DNA of 64,000 nucleotides from a virus (lineage: Duplodnaviria; Caudoviricetes): IMG/VR virus record IMGVR_UViG_3300032295_002791, positions 1-64,000 of that record; one strand, given 5' to 3'. A program made the translations under genes and the position numbers. Of the stretch, positions 21,201 through 30,411 are shown one piece after another. Within the stretch, counting starts at the first letter, position 1, and each line of letters opens with the position of its first letter. The notes beneath the pieces are model-generated. The model had not been told where the DNA came from, made no database searches, and was given only the letters and a program-made list of their open reading frames with translations.

Positions 21201-24200
21201 GAACTACTGGTACAGTCGGCATAGGTATGGGTGATGCTATAGCAGATTTAATTAGGGGAGTTTTTTCAGATAATCAAAGTCAAGTCGAATCTTATACAAA
21301 TGAAGATGTATATGATAATTACCTAGAAAATGTTGGCTCTGTTTATGGGGACGGATTTGCTGGTCAGCTAGTTTCCGATAATATAAACGTAATTGAAAGA
21401 AAACTTTCACCGGATCAAATAGCTGTAGTTACTGAAAACTCATATAATTTTAACGAAACTATTGATATGGGAAGTTTACAAGAGTCTCTAAGAATATCAA
21501 TGCCAGTTCCAGATCCATTTGACTTTAATGGAGATGATGAAATAAATTTTACTGAGTGGAAGATGCCTCAGAATTCAGAGGATGAACAATTTTACATTGC
21601 TATGAGATGGCCATATAAACCAAATGCAAATGAATCAGAAGTATTAAAATTTGCAAAAAAATATTTTGATTCAGAAACAAATGAATTAATTGGAAGTGTT
21701 CAAGACTATAAAAATGCTCACGTGCTAGTTTATAATCCAGATACTAATAACGCCGTAGTCTGCAAACCAGCATATTTCTTGTGGGGACAAACTAAATCAA
21801 ACTTTCTCTCTGATGGTACTTCTGATATTACTAGTGAATATAATTTAGATATAGCTGAAAAAACAATAGATGCAGTTGTATCACCAGATGCTGCATATTT
21901 TCTTAATGTAATTTCTGGTGACGATGTAATTTTTTCTGACGGTAGAAAAAAAGTATTCAGTAAAGGAAAAGGATACAGCGACCTTCCAATCCCAAGGGAA
22001 TGTTACTTTGCATTTGTCCCAAACACAATACCTTTAGGTGTTGCAACTAGTGCTTTTGTTCCAGCTAAAAGATTTACAATAGTAGATGATTCAGATAAAG
22101 AATTTGAAGATTTTTTAATTGGTTTTGGCAATTTTGAATCGACAGAAGATGCCTTGAAAGCCAGGACAATGGCAAAACTAGATTCTGGCTACAGAGGTGC
22201 TGGAGCAAATCCTGGTGGAGTACAGGGATTTGTTCCAGATAGAGTAGATGATTATGAGAAATATAGAACTAGCATTAATGAATACTATTCTGTGGCTGAA
22301 TTATCAAGTGATACAGATTTCACTTATGCAGGTAATTATAAAGATTATTATTTAAACATATTTACTGACATAGATACTGTAACAAGTAGAGATAAGGGTT
22401 ATGACATTTTAGATGGAGAAGTGGCAACAACCGGTAATCCACTCAGTGATTCTGGAAGAATACAATTTAGAACAGTCTATAATTTAGCTGATTCAATATC
22501 AATTGAAGCTAGAAAGTATTATGACGAAGCGTATGATCTAAATGTTTCTGTAATTGCTGGAGATGGTAGAAGTTTAAATACGGCTCAGGATATATGGGAT
22601 CAATTTAGATTCGGCTATCATACATATAGTTCTGTTAAGGCAATCTTCATGGATACATTCGGTCTTGATCCCGAAAGTCAAGAAGATTTTTCTGAAACTA
22701 TCTACGATGGTTTATTTAATGGCGATACATCAAAGAGTATGTTTAAAAAATATAAAGAAACATTAGGAACCGCAACAGACGAATTTGCAATATTATTTGG
22801 AAACGAAGAAGCCGCATCAAGAACAGCAGCAATAGAATTTGCAAGAAAAAACTTTATAGATGCACCTATAGCGGAGGGTGGTCTAATTGAATATTATGAT
22901 TTAATGATCAGAGATAAAGTAAAACTTTTTAGAGAAAACTTTTTAATAGATAATTCTGATGTTTTGGAAGAATTGACCGGGCAAAGTGGAGATTTTATCA
23001 AGAATGCTCAACAACTCTTTCTTATTACGGTTGGGCTATTTAGACAAGCTATGTGGTCAGATCCGTACGCAAGAGCCTGGTTAGTCCTTAAGCCATCTAG
23101 AAAGATAGGCATTGGATTTGGTACCGCAGGCGGTAGGGATCAATGGGATTTTAAAGTTATAGACAAAATATTTGCTGCATTTATTAATCCAAATAATACT
23201 TATGCAAAAGATAAAAAGAAATTTTTACAATTGTTATATAACAACAAGGGCGAAGGAAGTACTTCTTCAAACTTCGTTACAAGAGCAACTAGTGGAATAG
23301 ATAATTTCTGGGATAGAAATATAGGCCCTATCTTTGGTGCAATGGGAACGGCACTAACTGGTTTAGTTAATATGTTTAAGCTCAATATGCTTCAAACTGG
23401 CTATGGATTATCTCAAATAGGTTCTTTATCAAAGCAGGCAAACATTCTAAATAAAGCTCTTAATGATTCTATTTACTACCAACTTGGTAGACCTGGATCA
23501 TTGTTGAGGGCTGTAGACAATCCGTTTACAAGAGAATATGGTGAGCCTGTAGTAGAAATAAGAGAGCCTTTCCAAAGGGTGCACTATCTCAGTTCTTTTA
23601 GTCATATTCTTTCAAATCAGATTCAAGAAACAACAACAAACGTATCGACTGTTGTTACTGCTGTATCCGATGGTAAATATCCAGTTACTGTAGCCCTTGA
23701 CAAAGGTGCACCAGCAGAAAGGCAAATGGAGTCAACTGTTGAAACAGGAATTTACTTTGACAATATTGTTGGAAGTGGATTCTTTGGGTTTCTACATCCA
23801 CTCCTGCATCCATTCGAAACTGGAAGAGGAATATCAAAGAATTTAACTGGAGCTCCAGACGAGCTTTCCGCCAAGAGAATTGCCCTATCTCATCTTAAGG
23901 AAAATATTAAAGATATATATGGTGGAGAATTATTAATTATTGGCAACCCCGATATAAGACCTCATGACATAGTTTATATAGCAGACGTATATGAAAGAAT
24001 GTATGGCTTATTTGAAGTAGAACAAGTTATCCATCACTTTACTTCAGAACTTGGATTTGTAACATCAATAACACCAAACGCACTTGTAACAGTAAATGAT
24101 CCAGCAAAATGGTTTATGACATCCTGGATTCATTCATGGATGAATATGCAAGCAGTAAGAAATGACACTAGATTATTTCTAGATGCAATAAGAGCAGATA

Positions 24201-25762
24201 ACACTGGAATAACTCTTGGTGGAGATATATCCCTTGATAGACTAGCAGAAAATCTAAATCCACAAATGCTCGGCGGCATACAGTATACTCATGGATCTTC
24301 TGCGCTTATTAAAGATGTTGTTGCGAGTTTAACTCATGGTAGCTTTGATTCAAGTACAACATTTACGGATGCGATTAGAAAACAAGCCGGAATCAATGGT
24401 AATAATGGGACCGTATCTGGAGGAACAGCGGCAGCAGCAATCACTGGAGTCGTGGGTGGTTCAGCACTAACTGGCGCCGTAGCTGGATCGGCAATGGTTG
24501 GATTAAGTGCTCTTCCAATATTTGGGCAGCTTGCATGGAAGGGTTGGCAATGGGTTAGAGATAACTTATTAGATCAACACGGTTGCTATGTTCAGTACTT
24601 AAATAAGAATGGTCAACCAATGGATGCTGGCCTTTCATATAATCAAGGAATGGTTGTTGGAAGGTATCACTCAAAAGCCCTGCTTCCTGGTATGCTAGGA
24701 CTAAGAAGAAAAACTCGTACAGCAGACGGATATACTTATATAAGAAGCGATGACTTGTTTAAGGCTCTTGGTTGGCAAGAAACAGAAATAAAAGAATTAG
24801 TCAGATATATAAGTTATGAGAACGCCTTAGTACATGCGCAGGTGCTCAATTTATCTGGTCTTGGCCCAGAAAAAACTACGTTTGAACCATTCTTTAAAGT
24901 GCTGTGCAAATTAGATAAAACTATCGGTATAGAAAATACTGGAGTAAAAGACGCTGATACAATAAGGGTTGTAGATATATTGAGTGGCAACTCTTTTGAT
25001 GTTCGTTTTGATGGAATAAATGCTCCAGAAAAATCTGTAATAACTTCTTCTTATTCAAGTGCAACACCATCTGAAGCAGAAATAATTAGCAAATCATCTC
25101 CTGGATTTAGAAGTACTCAGTTTGTTATTAACGCATTAAAAAATAAAGTATTCTTATTAAGAATTAAGAAATCAAGAGAGACAGGCGGACTCGCTAATGA
25201 GTCGGATATAGAGAATTTTGATCCCGGTGCTGGATTTAATAGGGAAACAAATTATCTAAAAGAAATATATGGAAGAACTCTAGCTACAGTTTTTTATAAC
25301 GTTTCTGAAGAAAAGCTGATTAGTCTTAAAGATTTTGTGTATGGTTTATTCTCTTCTAATGAATTTAATAAATCAAAAATAGAAAAAGCTTTTAAAGATA
25401 GTTTTTCCGACTCAGTTATGCGTACAAAATATCAAAATATTTTTGATTCAATTTATTATTCCACAGCAGTAGATCACATAACAAATTACTCGATTGCAAA
25501 TACTGAAATAACAAATGAGGAATTAAGAAAGTTATTCTGTGCCATGGTTGAAATGAAGAGGCTAGAACAAATATATAAATCTGCATCAAGATGGCCAATG
25601 GTACTCTGGGATGAGTACTATGATGATGGAACTCCATACACTCTTAACTGGGAATTGGTGGCCAATAATTTGGCAACTGTGTTTACGAATGATCTATTAA
25701 CAGAATCTAATTCAGTTAACAAAGCAAAAGATTCTGTTGGAATACCAACCAAGGTGAAATAA
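15215..25762 (+). CDS. Baseplate hub megaprotein (3515 aa): tube-like repeats, gp27/gpD-like hub, RlpA-like barrel, C-terminal thermonuclease
   Basis: Hub-type segments RLKPGVRVHLRGGYG..LFNGVISQV..VTVTAQSDAIEL and YGGELLIIGNPDIRPHD..FEVEQVIHHF..GFVTSITP. SNase motifs VKDADTI, VRFDGINAPE, YGRTLATV, LNWELV. Confidence 0.65.
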   Translation: MPINEAALEAENKELNNFSDPTVSGEDTLKQLLNLMGRFDNTTNGYDKDFDFVLGSHFAMSGKGDFEQKKASAIRIFQGTNVEAIAQLDSKYRKKIFSKIQDTGLFGLAFKGFSISEFGKKRLSSITSAKRGAADALNPTTDTAWLTELTKVVRNLSSDPITLGIINSYFPSLVTFLFDAIAVTADYSSGGEVNGESDDSINSMKDFIASLEKAFGRGLNDSNQTFKQAVFTMAFNFENTAKRMKAVLDNSPYRENTQPTSPDVFHLRLGAANFFVPPLSIDVNTSFKTGSLTGGALRQKNTPKFNSGYKESSIRMRLFFPNYEEIWGISIDDASKIVLGNNYEIDFKSDGASDQKIDKFLSSLRGLVAAFKYSPFLPIRNQYLNTVHGITAVALSSMSISTVPNFPFALAVDIELMNFNHKPLLPMINDFNQAIHWGKYRQFMGKAAGALHSYVNESFLMKTTDEKALDTPVNTGTVTVGTGEYEISPYGASLTKQAAYYDDILKTNIVSEWNDGKNISFYVPAETQTKIFLPDATSFRNDEERLSSDQSQDFWGKILSGFGVDINESAGYGLNLSGVYNLSKNTGINPNIKYHLLTVMDILTAGLNDNSQRKKVYSYVATLFVKENSLDGAEQAYILNIDSTNVPPETGVRTYQFNSVSFVDTQGNPRSLSFMKAYLKEISKTSKNLLDQQTKSLADSQARKAGIKVPDTYADGTAAYKNLYDKIKDQIKNGFNLTLYERFFKSAPIEQLLEAARAKQGAFSFREWEVPMLKIDLDPAAAIVTGVSLTLGNNIAKLQLQMQDEPTYQHIGGKDTYINISMRIIGEKELTKLKRIFDHVNALARLEHSTGVIGFIGIKNIVTALSGVKYVLPSNFSVNTIPGFPHVYEVNISLIDFDIFQQSRERLDSNQQRELIEHFSSKKNPFLRIKQMWGLFNAYPDLPLDIKNDKNEVVGHLDPDFYFRSFEMFDKDIINNISTAPKQLDIPNPNDNFGVKVTESMHVHVASQIASFLRVYPSSNSSNAAFQETRKDILNDVIFYLEKTGINFDQFISIFEKVIYNPNYFGLDSSDERSKITSLKKNLITDYLDYIKPKDSSTQDEFLNKVSSAPYQVGDINSSSSELLDDLKKALAGKYSLKNEEFVSFDPDELEFHHIITTYPIKDKDEPNKIPAIIQTALGTNLGYLDMEKDARFYLTLDGINVKKTENGAKIEPRGISDKHSDPSYSATQASIAGSTAYSNYQQPYSHGAGAAPETMNSSKSVDTVEAHWEKMLVDTSYRDVSGRMLRAFPTYMLWLIDEGGYFAGVKVFDNFYGLQSIIDFSIIQSEDLLGDTLVFRVSNLYSKLSRKESASFFAVDSEYSQDNPSLTDGLSSVIDVTLNKARNILAHMKNDYVVDIENIRLKPGVRVHLRGGYGANPNSLQTLFNGVISQVELGEIVTVTAQSDAIELGAVVNSTNKKGDSGKIDGGINTGLWLSEPRDLMVRLLSMGASRFREGIAYANRGLVFSENKFGIRHFGSIVYEPLTIDEERKQQARIDAVADAYNSVGTGNAAGLGKSSLDIAVGTNEFRTPVFSLMNQLWSNFSQARDFEIFKRNIYPGNGTGIAQFLGGDLGDGWTSVSSITPSSQPNERIEYLSRLTDRSWNGLVQKYAEGDIDAKAPIEQLTGDGQIRDNSGSSKSASAVGLSGLLGVSAIVGGPVGIVGATIGAGLLGVLSKRGGDNIFNMLGLTSSLDDDMPGFDEVSFRAQTYMRSVWDLFQTCARLLPNYIVAVRPFEDRSTVFYGKPHWLYTSGVVPVTTGYPGDEKMGELGINMGPKIVSPDFELSRIITEINKNSSSYADADAFIRSTEPTDAIAELTTTQRYAQSYYATSAALKGQLINFDSNRSKVLVDSNGKTVAKLPKTKGIVTMGFHLPVDNNTGGGSKISSTSKVIYSTDPHSQIPQLPARFRFPLFTNRADTNGFYRLENFSFQYDEIRGYSKASRIISDLGNSKGDAGTTGTVGIGMGDAIADLIRGVFSDNQSQVESYTNEDVYDNYLENVGSVYGDGFAGQLVSDNINVIERKLSPDQIAVVTENSYNFNETIDMGSLQESLRISMPVPDPFDFNGDDEINFTEWKMPQNSEDEQFYIAMRWPYKPNANESEVLKFAKKYFDSETNELIGSVQDYKNAHVLVYNPDTNNAVVCKPAYFLWGQTKSNFLSDGTSDITSEYNLDIAEKTIDAVVSPDAAYFLNVISGDDVIFSDGRKKVFSKGKGYSDLPIPRECYFAFVPNTIPLGVATSAFVPAKRFTIVDDSDKEFEDFLIGFGNFESTEDALKARTMAKLDSGYRGAGANPGGVQGFVPDRVDDYEKYRTSINEYYSVAELSSDTDFTYAGNYKDYYLNIFTDIDTVTSRDKGYDILDGEVATTGNPLSDSGRIQFRTVYNLADSISIEARKYYDEAYDLNVSVIAGDGRSLNTAQDIWDQFRFGYHTYSSVKAIFMDTFGLDPESQEDFSETIYDGLFNGDTSKSMFKKYKETLGTATDEFAILFGNEEAASRTAAIEFARKNFIDAPIAEGGLIEYYDLMIRDKVKLFRENFLIDNSDVLEELTGQSGDFIKNAQQLFLITVGLFRQAMWSDPYARAWLVLKPSRKIGIGFGTAGGRDQWDFKVIDKIFAAFINPNNTYAKDKKKFLQLLYNNKGEGSTSSNFVTRATSGIDNFWDRNIGPIFGAMGTALTGLVNMFKLNMLQTGYGLSQIGSLSKQANILNKALNDSIYYQLGRPGSLLRAVDNPFTREYGEPVVEIREPFQRVHYLSSFSHILSNQIQETTTNVSTVVTAVSDGKYPVTVALDKGAPAERQMESTVETGIYFDNIVGSGFFGFLHPLLHPFETGRGISKNLTGAPDELSAKRIALSHLKENIKDIYGGELLIIGNPDIRPHDIVYIADVYERMYGLFEVEQVIHHFTSELGFVTSITPNALVTVNDPAKWFMTSWIHSWMNMQAVRNDTRLFLDAIRADNTGITLGGDISLDRLAENLNPQMLGGIQYTHGSSALIKDVVASLTHGSFDSSTTFTDAIRKQAGINGNNGTVSGGTAAAAITGVVGGSALTGAVAGSAMVGLSALPIFGQLAWKGWQWVRDNLLDQHGCYVQYLNKNGQPMDAGLSYNQGMVVGRYHSKALLPGMLGLRRKTRTADGYTYIRSDDLFKALGWQETEIKELVRYISYENALVHAQVLNLSGLGPEKTTFEPFFKVLCKLDKTIGIENTGVKDADTIRVVDILSGNSFDVRFDGINAPEKSVITSSYSSATPSEAEIISKSSPGFRSTQFVINALKNKVFLLRIKKSRETGGLANESDIENFDPGAGFNRETNYLKEIYGRTLATVFYNVSEEKLISLKDFVYGLFSSNEFNKSKIEKAFKDSFSDSVMRTKYQNIFDSIYYSTAVDHITNYSIANTEITNEELRKLFCAMVEMKRLEQIYKSASRWPMVLWDEYYDDGTPYTLNWELVANNLATVFTNDLLTESNSVNKAKDSVGIPTKVK

Positions 25763-25763
25763 T

Positions 25764-27819
25764 ATGTCTTTTTTTGATATCAATTCTGAAAGTTTAGCAG
25801 ATTCAAAATCTTTTGCAAAAGCTATAGTTGATAATATCGTTCCAAAAAATGGAATAGCCATTACAAAAACATCTTTAGCAGAGAGGCGGATATGAGGGTC
25901 AAAGTCTAGTTTCTACAGATCTTCTTTCCGCCGCTTCTGGCAAAGAACTTTTTGGTAACGAAAATTATGCAAATATGTTTAGGGCAGATATGGCTAGGGA
26001 AAGTCTGAATGCTGTTGCAACTAGTGCTTTTGAATATCAGGTAACAGATACTTCTGACAATGCTCCAGACGTAGTAAATAGTTTTTTGACTTCTGGATCT
26101 TTTGGCAAAAGATATAACGATGGGCTTATTAGTGACTTAAACTCTTCGATAAGAGCAAAGTATGGTATGGCTGCAGGCGCTGGTGTATATGATATAGGTG
26201 GATATGGCCACTCCTCTGTTAGTTACGGAGTATCGCCAATGCTCAGTGCTGGCATAATGCCAGTTGCCAAATTATCAGCATTAAATGATAATCAAAAATC
26301 ATGGTACTCAGAGAGAGCTGGTTTATTAGATTCTAAATTAGGTACATCAATTAAATCTGGTTTTTCTTTTGATATTGATAATTCAAAAACAGATGCAGCA
26401 TACGACACGGGAACCATAGTTCCCGGTTTAATAAATGCAGTTGATAGAAAAATATCATCAGACATTATATCTGCTTCAGAAGAAAAGGCTTTTGTTTCAG
26501 CTTCATTAACAGAATTTTTGTTAGCTTTGCTATCAGATACTTTTGGTTCGGCATTAAAAATTACTGGCGGATTTGGTCTTCAGAGACAAAATGATTCACC
26601 AAAAACTTCTGGAGCAGAAGCCAATACAATAACCGATCACGCATTTGGTAGAGCATTTGACTTTAGTCTTATACAGAAGGTTACTGGACCAAAGCCAAAT
26701 GGGATAAACACAGCCAATGGTCATGTAGAGCAATTGACAACGTTATTAGAAAAATTAAACGCAATGCCTGCGTATTTAATTCCAGACTACATTGCAGTAT
26801 CGGCAAAATATGTAGATAAGTCTTATGATACCTATGAAAGTAAAACAAATCAATTGTGGGCTAAATATCCAAATTTAAAATATTTAAAATTAAAGAGAGA
26901 TACTTCTGGAGTTCACGACAACCATATACACATTAGTTTTTCGCCAGCAAGAGGTGGAATATATGCTGGACCCGGTGGATTATTATATAATCCAGCCTCA
27001 GCTGCTGGTGTGTCTTCGCTTGCAGGAGCTGCAAAGAACAAAGCCTTATATTTAATTTCTCCTTATGGCGCAATGCCAACAAATATTCTTAAAAAAGATT
27101 TTACTGGAAATACAGAATCAGTTAAGCCAGACGAAATATTTTTAGCATTAACAGAAATTGGATATTTTTCAGATGAAACTGCGGCTATATTTGTTGCTCT
27201 GGCAAATAGAGAATCATTAAGAAAAGTTTATATAGTTGATACAATAGGTGCTGTTGGACTTTGGCAAATCTCTGGCGGATTCTCAGATGGCGGAAATATT
27301 ACTGTTCATATTAAACTACCTCAACCAGAATCGATTAACCCATTTAGTAAAATGGCATATGTTAATTGGCAAAAAGAAAACTTAACAAATGATCAAATTT
27401 GGCAAAAGATTAAAGAACAAGGAAAAACACAGGATAAAGGTATAGGAAATTACGATACAAGATTGTGGAATTTAACTAATCAAGTATGGATCTTAAGATC
27501 TAAGATTGACAGAGGTACAGGAAAATCAATAGTTAAAGATCTCCCCGTATATCCCTGGGGAGATTACATCGGAAAATTTGCGCCCAAGTATGGTTGGGTT
27601 TCGTCAACTAGTGGATCGTTTTGTAGATTCGCTGATGCAGCAGATGTATATACAAGGATGACAGGTAAAACCTCAGAAGACTTAAAAGAATTTTTGATTG
27701 CGGAAACTCCATCCGATTCAAGAACACTACAGAAAGATGTTTGGATAGCAAAAAATAATAAAACAATTTTAGAAAACTGGATTGATGGAGTTGATTATCC
27801 AAAGGTAAATCTAGGTTAA
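25764..27819 (+). CDS. Tail-associated peptidoglycan hydrolase (M15-like Zn peptidase plus lysozyme-like transglycosylase); +1 frameshift near 25879-25892
   Basis: DHAFGRAFD..HDNHIHISF (M15/DD-peptidase ligands) and ALANRES..AVGLWQI (SLT-like). An ATG at 25764, 1 nt after the previous stop, opens 43 codons. The +1 frame is open from 25879 into the 25975 ORF. Confidence 0.7.
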
Positions 27820-27828
27820 GGAAAAACA

Positions 27829-28197
27829 ATGGCAATAAATTATCCAAAATTTGATAATAAGATTCAATCTAAAATTGATAATTCAAGAATGCGTCAGTCA
27901 AAGACAAGGCCTGGCGTAATAATGAAATTTGATCCAGTAACCAATTCGGCTGACATAATAATGGATGATCAGTATTCTGGTGAAATAGGAAATATTATTT
28001 CTGGAGTACCGTGTCCAACAACACCTGGCATTCAAACGGTCGCCCCAAGCCCAGGAACACGATGCTTGGTAGGATTTAGAGATGACAATGAGAGATTTGC
28101 ATATGTAATTAATTTATTTGAAGAGGGAACATTAGATTCAAATTACATGTATAATTATACGGTTAATACCGGTGTACCAAAGTTTATGTCGAGGTAA
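27829..28197 (+). CDS. Baseplate spike OB-fold (gp5-N/gpV-like) protein
   Basis: RPGVIMKFD..ADI..VPCP..APSPGTRCLVGF..AYVI pattern and gene context. Confidence 0.55.
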   Translation: MAINYPKFDNKIQSKIDNSRMRQSKTRPGVIMKFDPVTNSADIIMDDQYSGEIGNIISGVPCPTTPGIQTVAPSPGTRCLVGFRDDNERFAYVINLFEEGTLDSNYMYNYTVNTGVPKFMSR

Positions 28198-28199
28198 AA

Positions 28200-28841
28200 A
28201 TGACCACTAGCTATCCAGGTGATATAGAGCCAGAAAAAAATTTCCCTATATCTGATGAATTAAAAAGAAGAAATGAATTCTCAAAAAGAGAAGTTGGATT
28301 AAATCATCCAGATAATAGTTCATTTATCAGACTAAATGATGATGGCGATATAGAAATATTTGCTGCTCCTGGAGTAGGAATGGTTATCAGTGGAGCAAGT
28401 AAAAGTATATCTTTATTTGCTGATAAGATTAAATTCTTTTGCTCTGAAAATGGGTTGAGATGGAATAATTTTAATTTTAATTATTCAGCTATAGACTACT
28501 CTCAGCCAACCCTAGTCCAGATTGACCATAAGTCAATTCACAGTGCACAAAACGACGCTCATCATTATCTAGCTAAACTTAAGAATTTAGAAGAATCAGA
28601 AAAACAAAAAACCATTACTATAGAAAGTGATTATGGTTTTGCCACAAAAGAACCACAAATCAATCAAAATTATAGTTCTCAAATTTCTACAGAAGGTTTA
28701 TCTGAAGATCAAATTTTATTAGTACAAAATATATTAACTGAGCACACCCCAGAATATATAGAGTATATGGTTGATTTAATTAAAGATGGTTATACATTTG
28801 CTCAAGCAAGAGACAAGGCGGATGAAATAAAGAATGTCTGA
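28200..28841 (+). CDS. Baseplate/spike-associated protein
   Basis: Short beta-strand run EVGLNHP..SFIRLNDDGDIEIFA..GMVISG resembles spike beta-roll starts. Context supports the call. Confidence 0.4.
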   Translation: MTTSYPGDIEPEKNFPISDELKRRNEFSKREVGLNHPDNSSFIRLNDDGDIEIFAAPGVGMVISGASKSISLFADKIKFFCSENGLRWNNFNFNYSAIDYSQPTLVQIDHKSIHSAQNDAHHYLAKLKNLEESEKQKTITIESDYGFATKEPQINQNYSSQISTEGLSEDQILLVQNILTEHTPEYIEYMVDLIKDGYTFAQARDKADEIKNV

Positions 28842-29214
28842 TTTATATTTTACAATGTCTGGTGATATATTAGTTAATGGAAATAAAGATATCGCCATAA
28901 CCACATCTTCTGCCCAAGACGACATACAACAGGTTTATCTTAGACTCATGACTGAGCCAGGGGATTTTTATATTTATCCTGCTTTAGGAACAGATTTGTC
29001 TGTACTATATGGCATGCCACAATCCAAGGAAACTGGAGAAATGGGAAAAATGTTAATAAGGGCTGCCCTAGAAAAGGAAGATGTTTTTAGGGGAAGAAAT
29101 ATTGTTATAGATGCGATACCAACTGGTCCGGACTCAATTAGATTTGATGTTCATATCATTACAGATAAAACAGATCCAATCGTTCTTTCTGTAACACAAA
29201 GCTTAGGAGCATAA
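28834..29214 (+). CDS. gp25/gpW-like baseplate wedge protein
   Basis: GDI..DDIQQVYLRLMTEPGDFYIYPALGTDL, 126 aa, directly upstream of baseplate J. Confidence 0.75.
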   Translation: MSDLYFTMSGDILVNGNKDIAITTSSAQDDIQQVYLRLMTEPGDFYIYPALGTDLSVLYGMPQSKETGEMGKMLIRAALEKEDVFRGRNIVIDAIPTGPDSIRFDVHIITDKTDPIVLSVTQSLGA

Positions 29215-30384
29215 ATGCCTATCTATGGAGAAAAAGAAAAGTCAGAGATTTTAACCACTGTATTAAACTCATTAGAGCGTAATGCAGGCGTCTCTGCTGC
29301 TTATCCTGGATCAATTGCTAGGGCTTTTGCTGAAGCGTTCAGTGCAGAAATAGCTGATTTGTATTCTTCTTTAAGTTTTAGCTTACGACAGGGTGCTCTT
29401 TCTACTGCAAGCGGAAGAAATCTTGACTTAATTGGTGAGCTTTATGGGGTTGTAAGAAAGCAAATATCAGATGCCGCCGCCCTCGAAAGACAATCCTTTA
29501 ATATAGAATTCATTATAGAGACTCCATATAGCCAGAATATTACAATTCCTGGTGGAACATACCTATATACCAATGTGGATAACTATGCAATAAGACAATA
29601 CAGATTTAAATTAAATGGCGATATAACTATCGCTGCTGGAACGACTAGGGCCTATGGATTAGTTGTTCCTGATTTTGATGACAATACTTATGTTGCACCA
29701 ATTGGATCTATAACTAAGCATAATTTTATAGCACCTCCCGGAGTAGTAGCTTACTGCACAAATGGAAAAGAAGTATATTCAGCAATCAATTCTGAATCAG
29801 ATGATAATTTTAGAAGACGAATAATATCATCAATTAAAACAAGATCAGCTGGGACGACAGAATCGATCAGATTTGCCGCTCTTTCAGTTAAGGGTGTAAG
29901 AGATGTGAGAATAAGAGAAAGTGCTTACGGAGTTGGGTCATGCGATGTCATTGTAGTTCCAGAATCACTGTCTGGGATTAAGAGAATGCCAGAGACAATC
30001 TTGTCTGCCATAGCCTCTGTTAAGCCAGCTGGTGTAAGATTCAACATTAGAATAGCAGAACAGATACCTGTAGATGTTCAGGTTAGTGTTACCATAGCAT
30101 CCGCCGCAAATGATACAATTGTAGCAGGAATAAAGAATCAGGTAGCCCTCTTTATAAAGAGATATTTAAATTCACTTACAATAGGAGATACTGTTTCTGT
30201 CAGCGAAATAGAAAGACAAATCAGATTATCATCTGACTTCGTTAGATATGCCACCATAAATGCAATGAGCGTAAATGGCGAATCAGTACCATTAAAAGAT
30301 TTTACTTCTTCAAGCGACAAAGTTTACCCCGCAGCTGGAAGTGTGAGCGTATTGTCTGTTATAATGGGTCAGTCAAACTATTAA
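29215..30384 (+). CDS. Baseplate J (gp6-like) wedge protein
   Basis: PGSIARA, STASGRNLDLIGELYGVVR, ITIPGGT, ESDDNFRRRI, GTTESIRFAALSVKGVRDV, VKPAGV. Indicates a contractile tail. Confidence 0.85.
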   Translation: MPIYGEKEKSEILTTVLNSLERNAGVSAAYPGSIARAFAEAFSAEIADLYSSLSFSLRQGALSTASGRNLDLIGELYGVVRKQISDAAALERQSFNIEFIIETPYSQNITIPGGTYLYTNVDNYAIRQYRFKLNGDITIAAGTTRAYGLVVPDFDDNTYVAPIGSITKHNFIAPPGVVAYCTNGKEVYSAINSESDDNFRRRIISSIKTRSAGTTESIRFAALSVKGVRDVRIRESAYGVGSCDVIVVPESLSGIKRMPETILSAIASVKPAGVRFNIRIAEQIPVDVQVSVTIASAANDTIVAGIKNQVALFIKRYLNSLTIGDTVSVSEIERQIRLSSDFVRYATINAMSVNGESVPLKDFTSSSDKVYPAAGSVSVLSVIMGQSNY

Positions 30385-30411
30385 CACCGAAAAGCTACAG
30401 GTCTTTGATAT

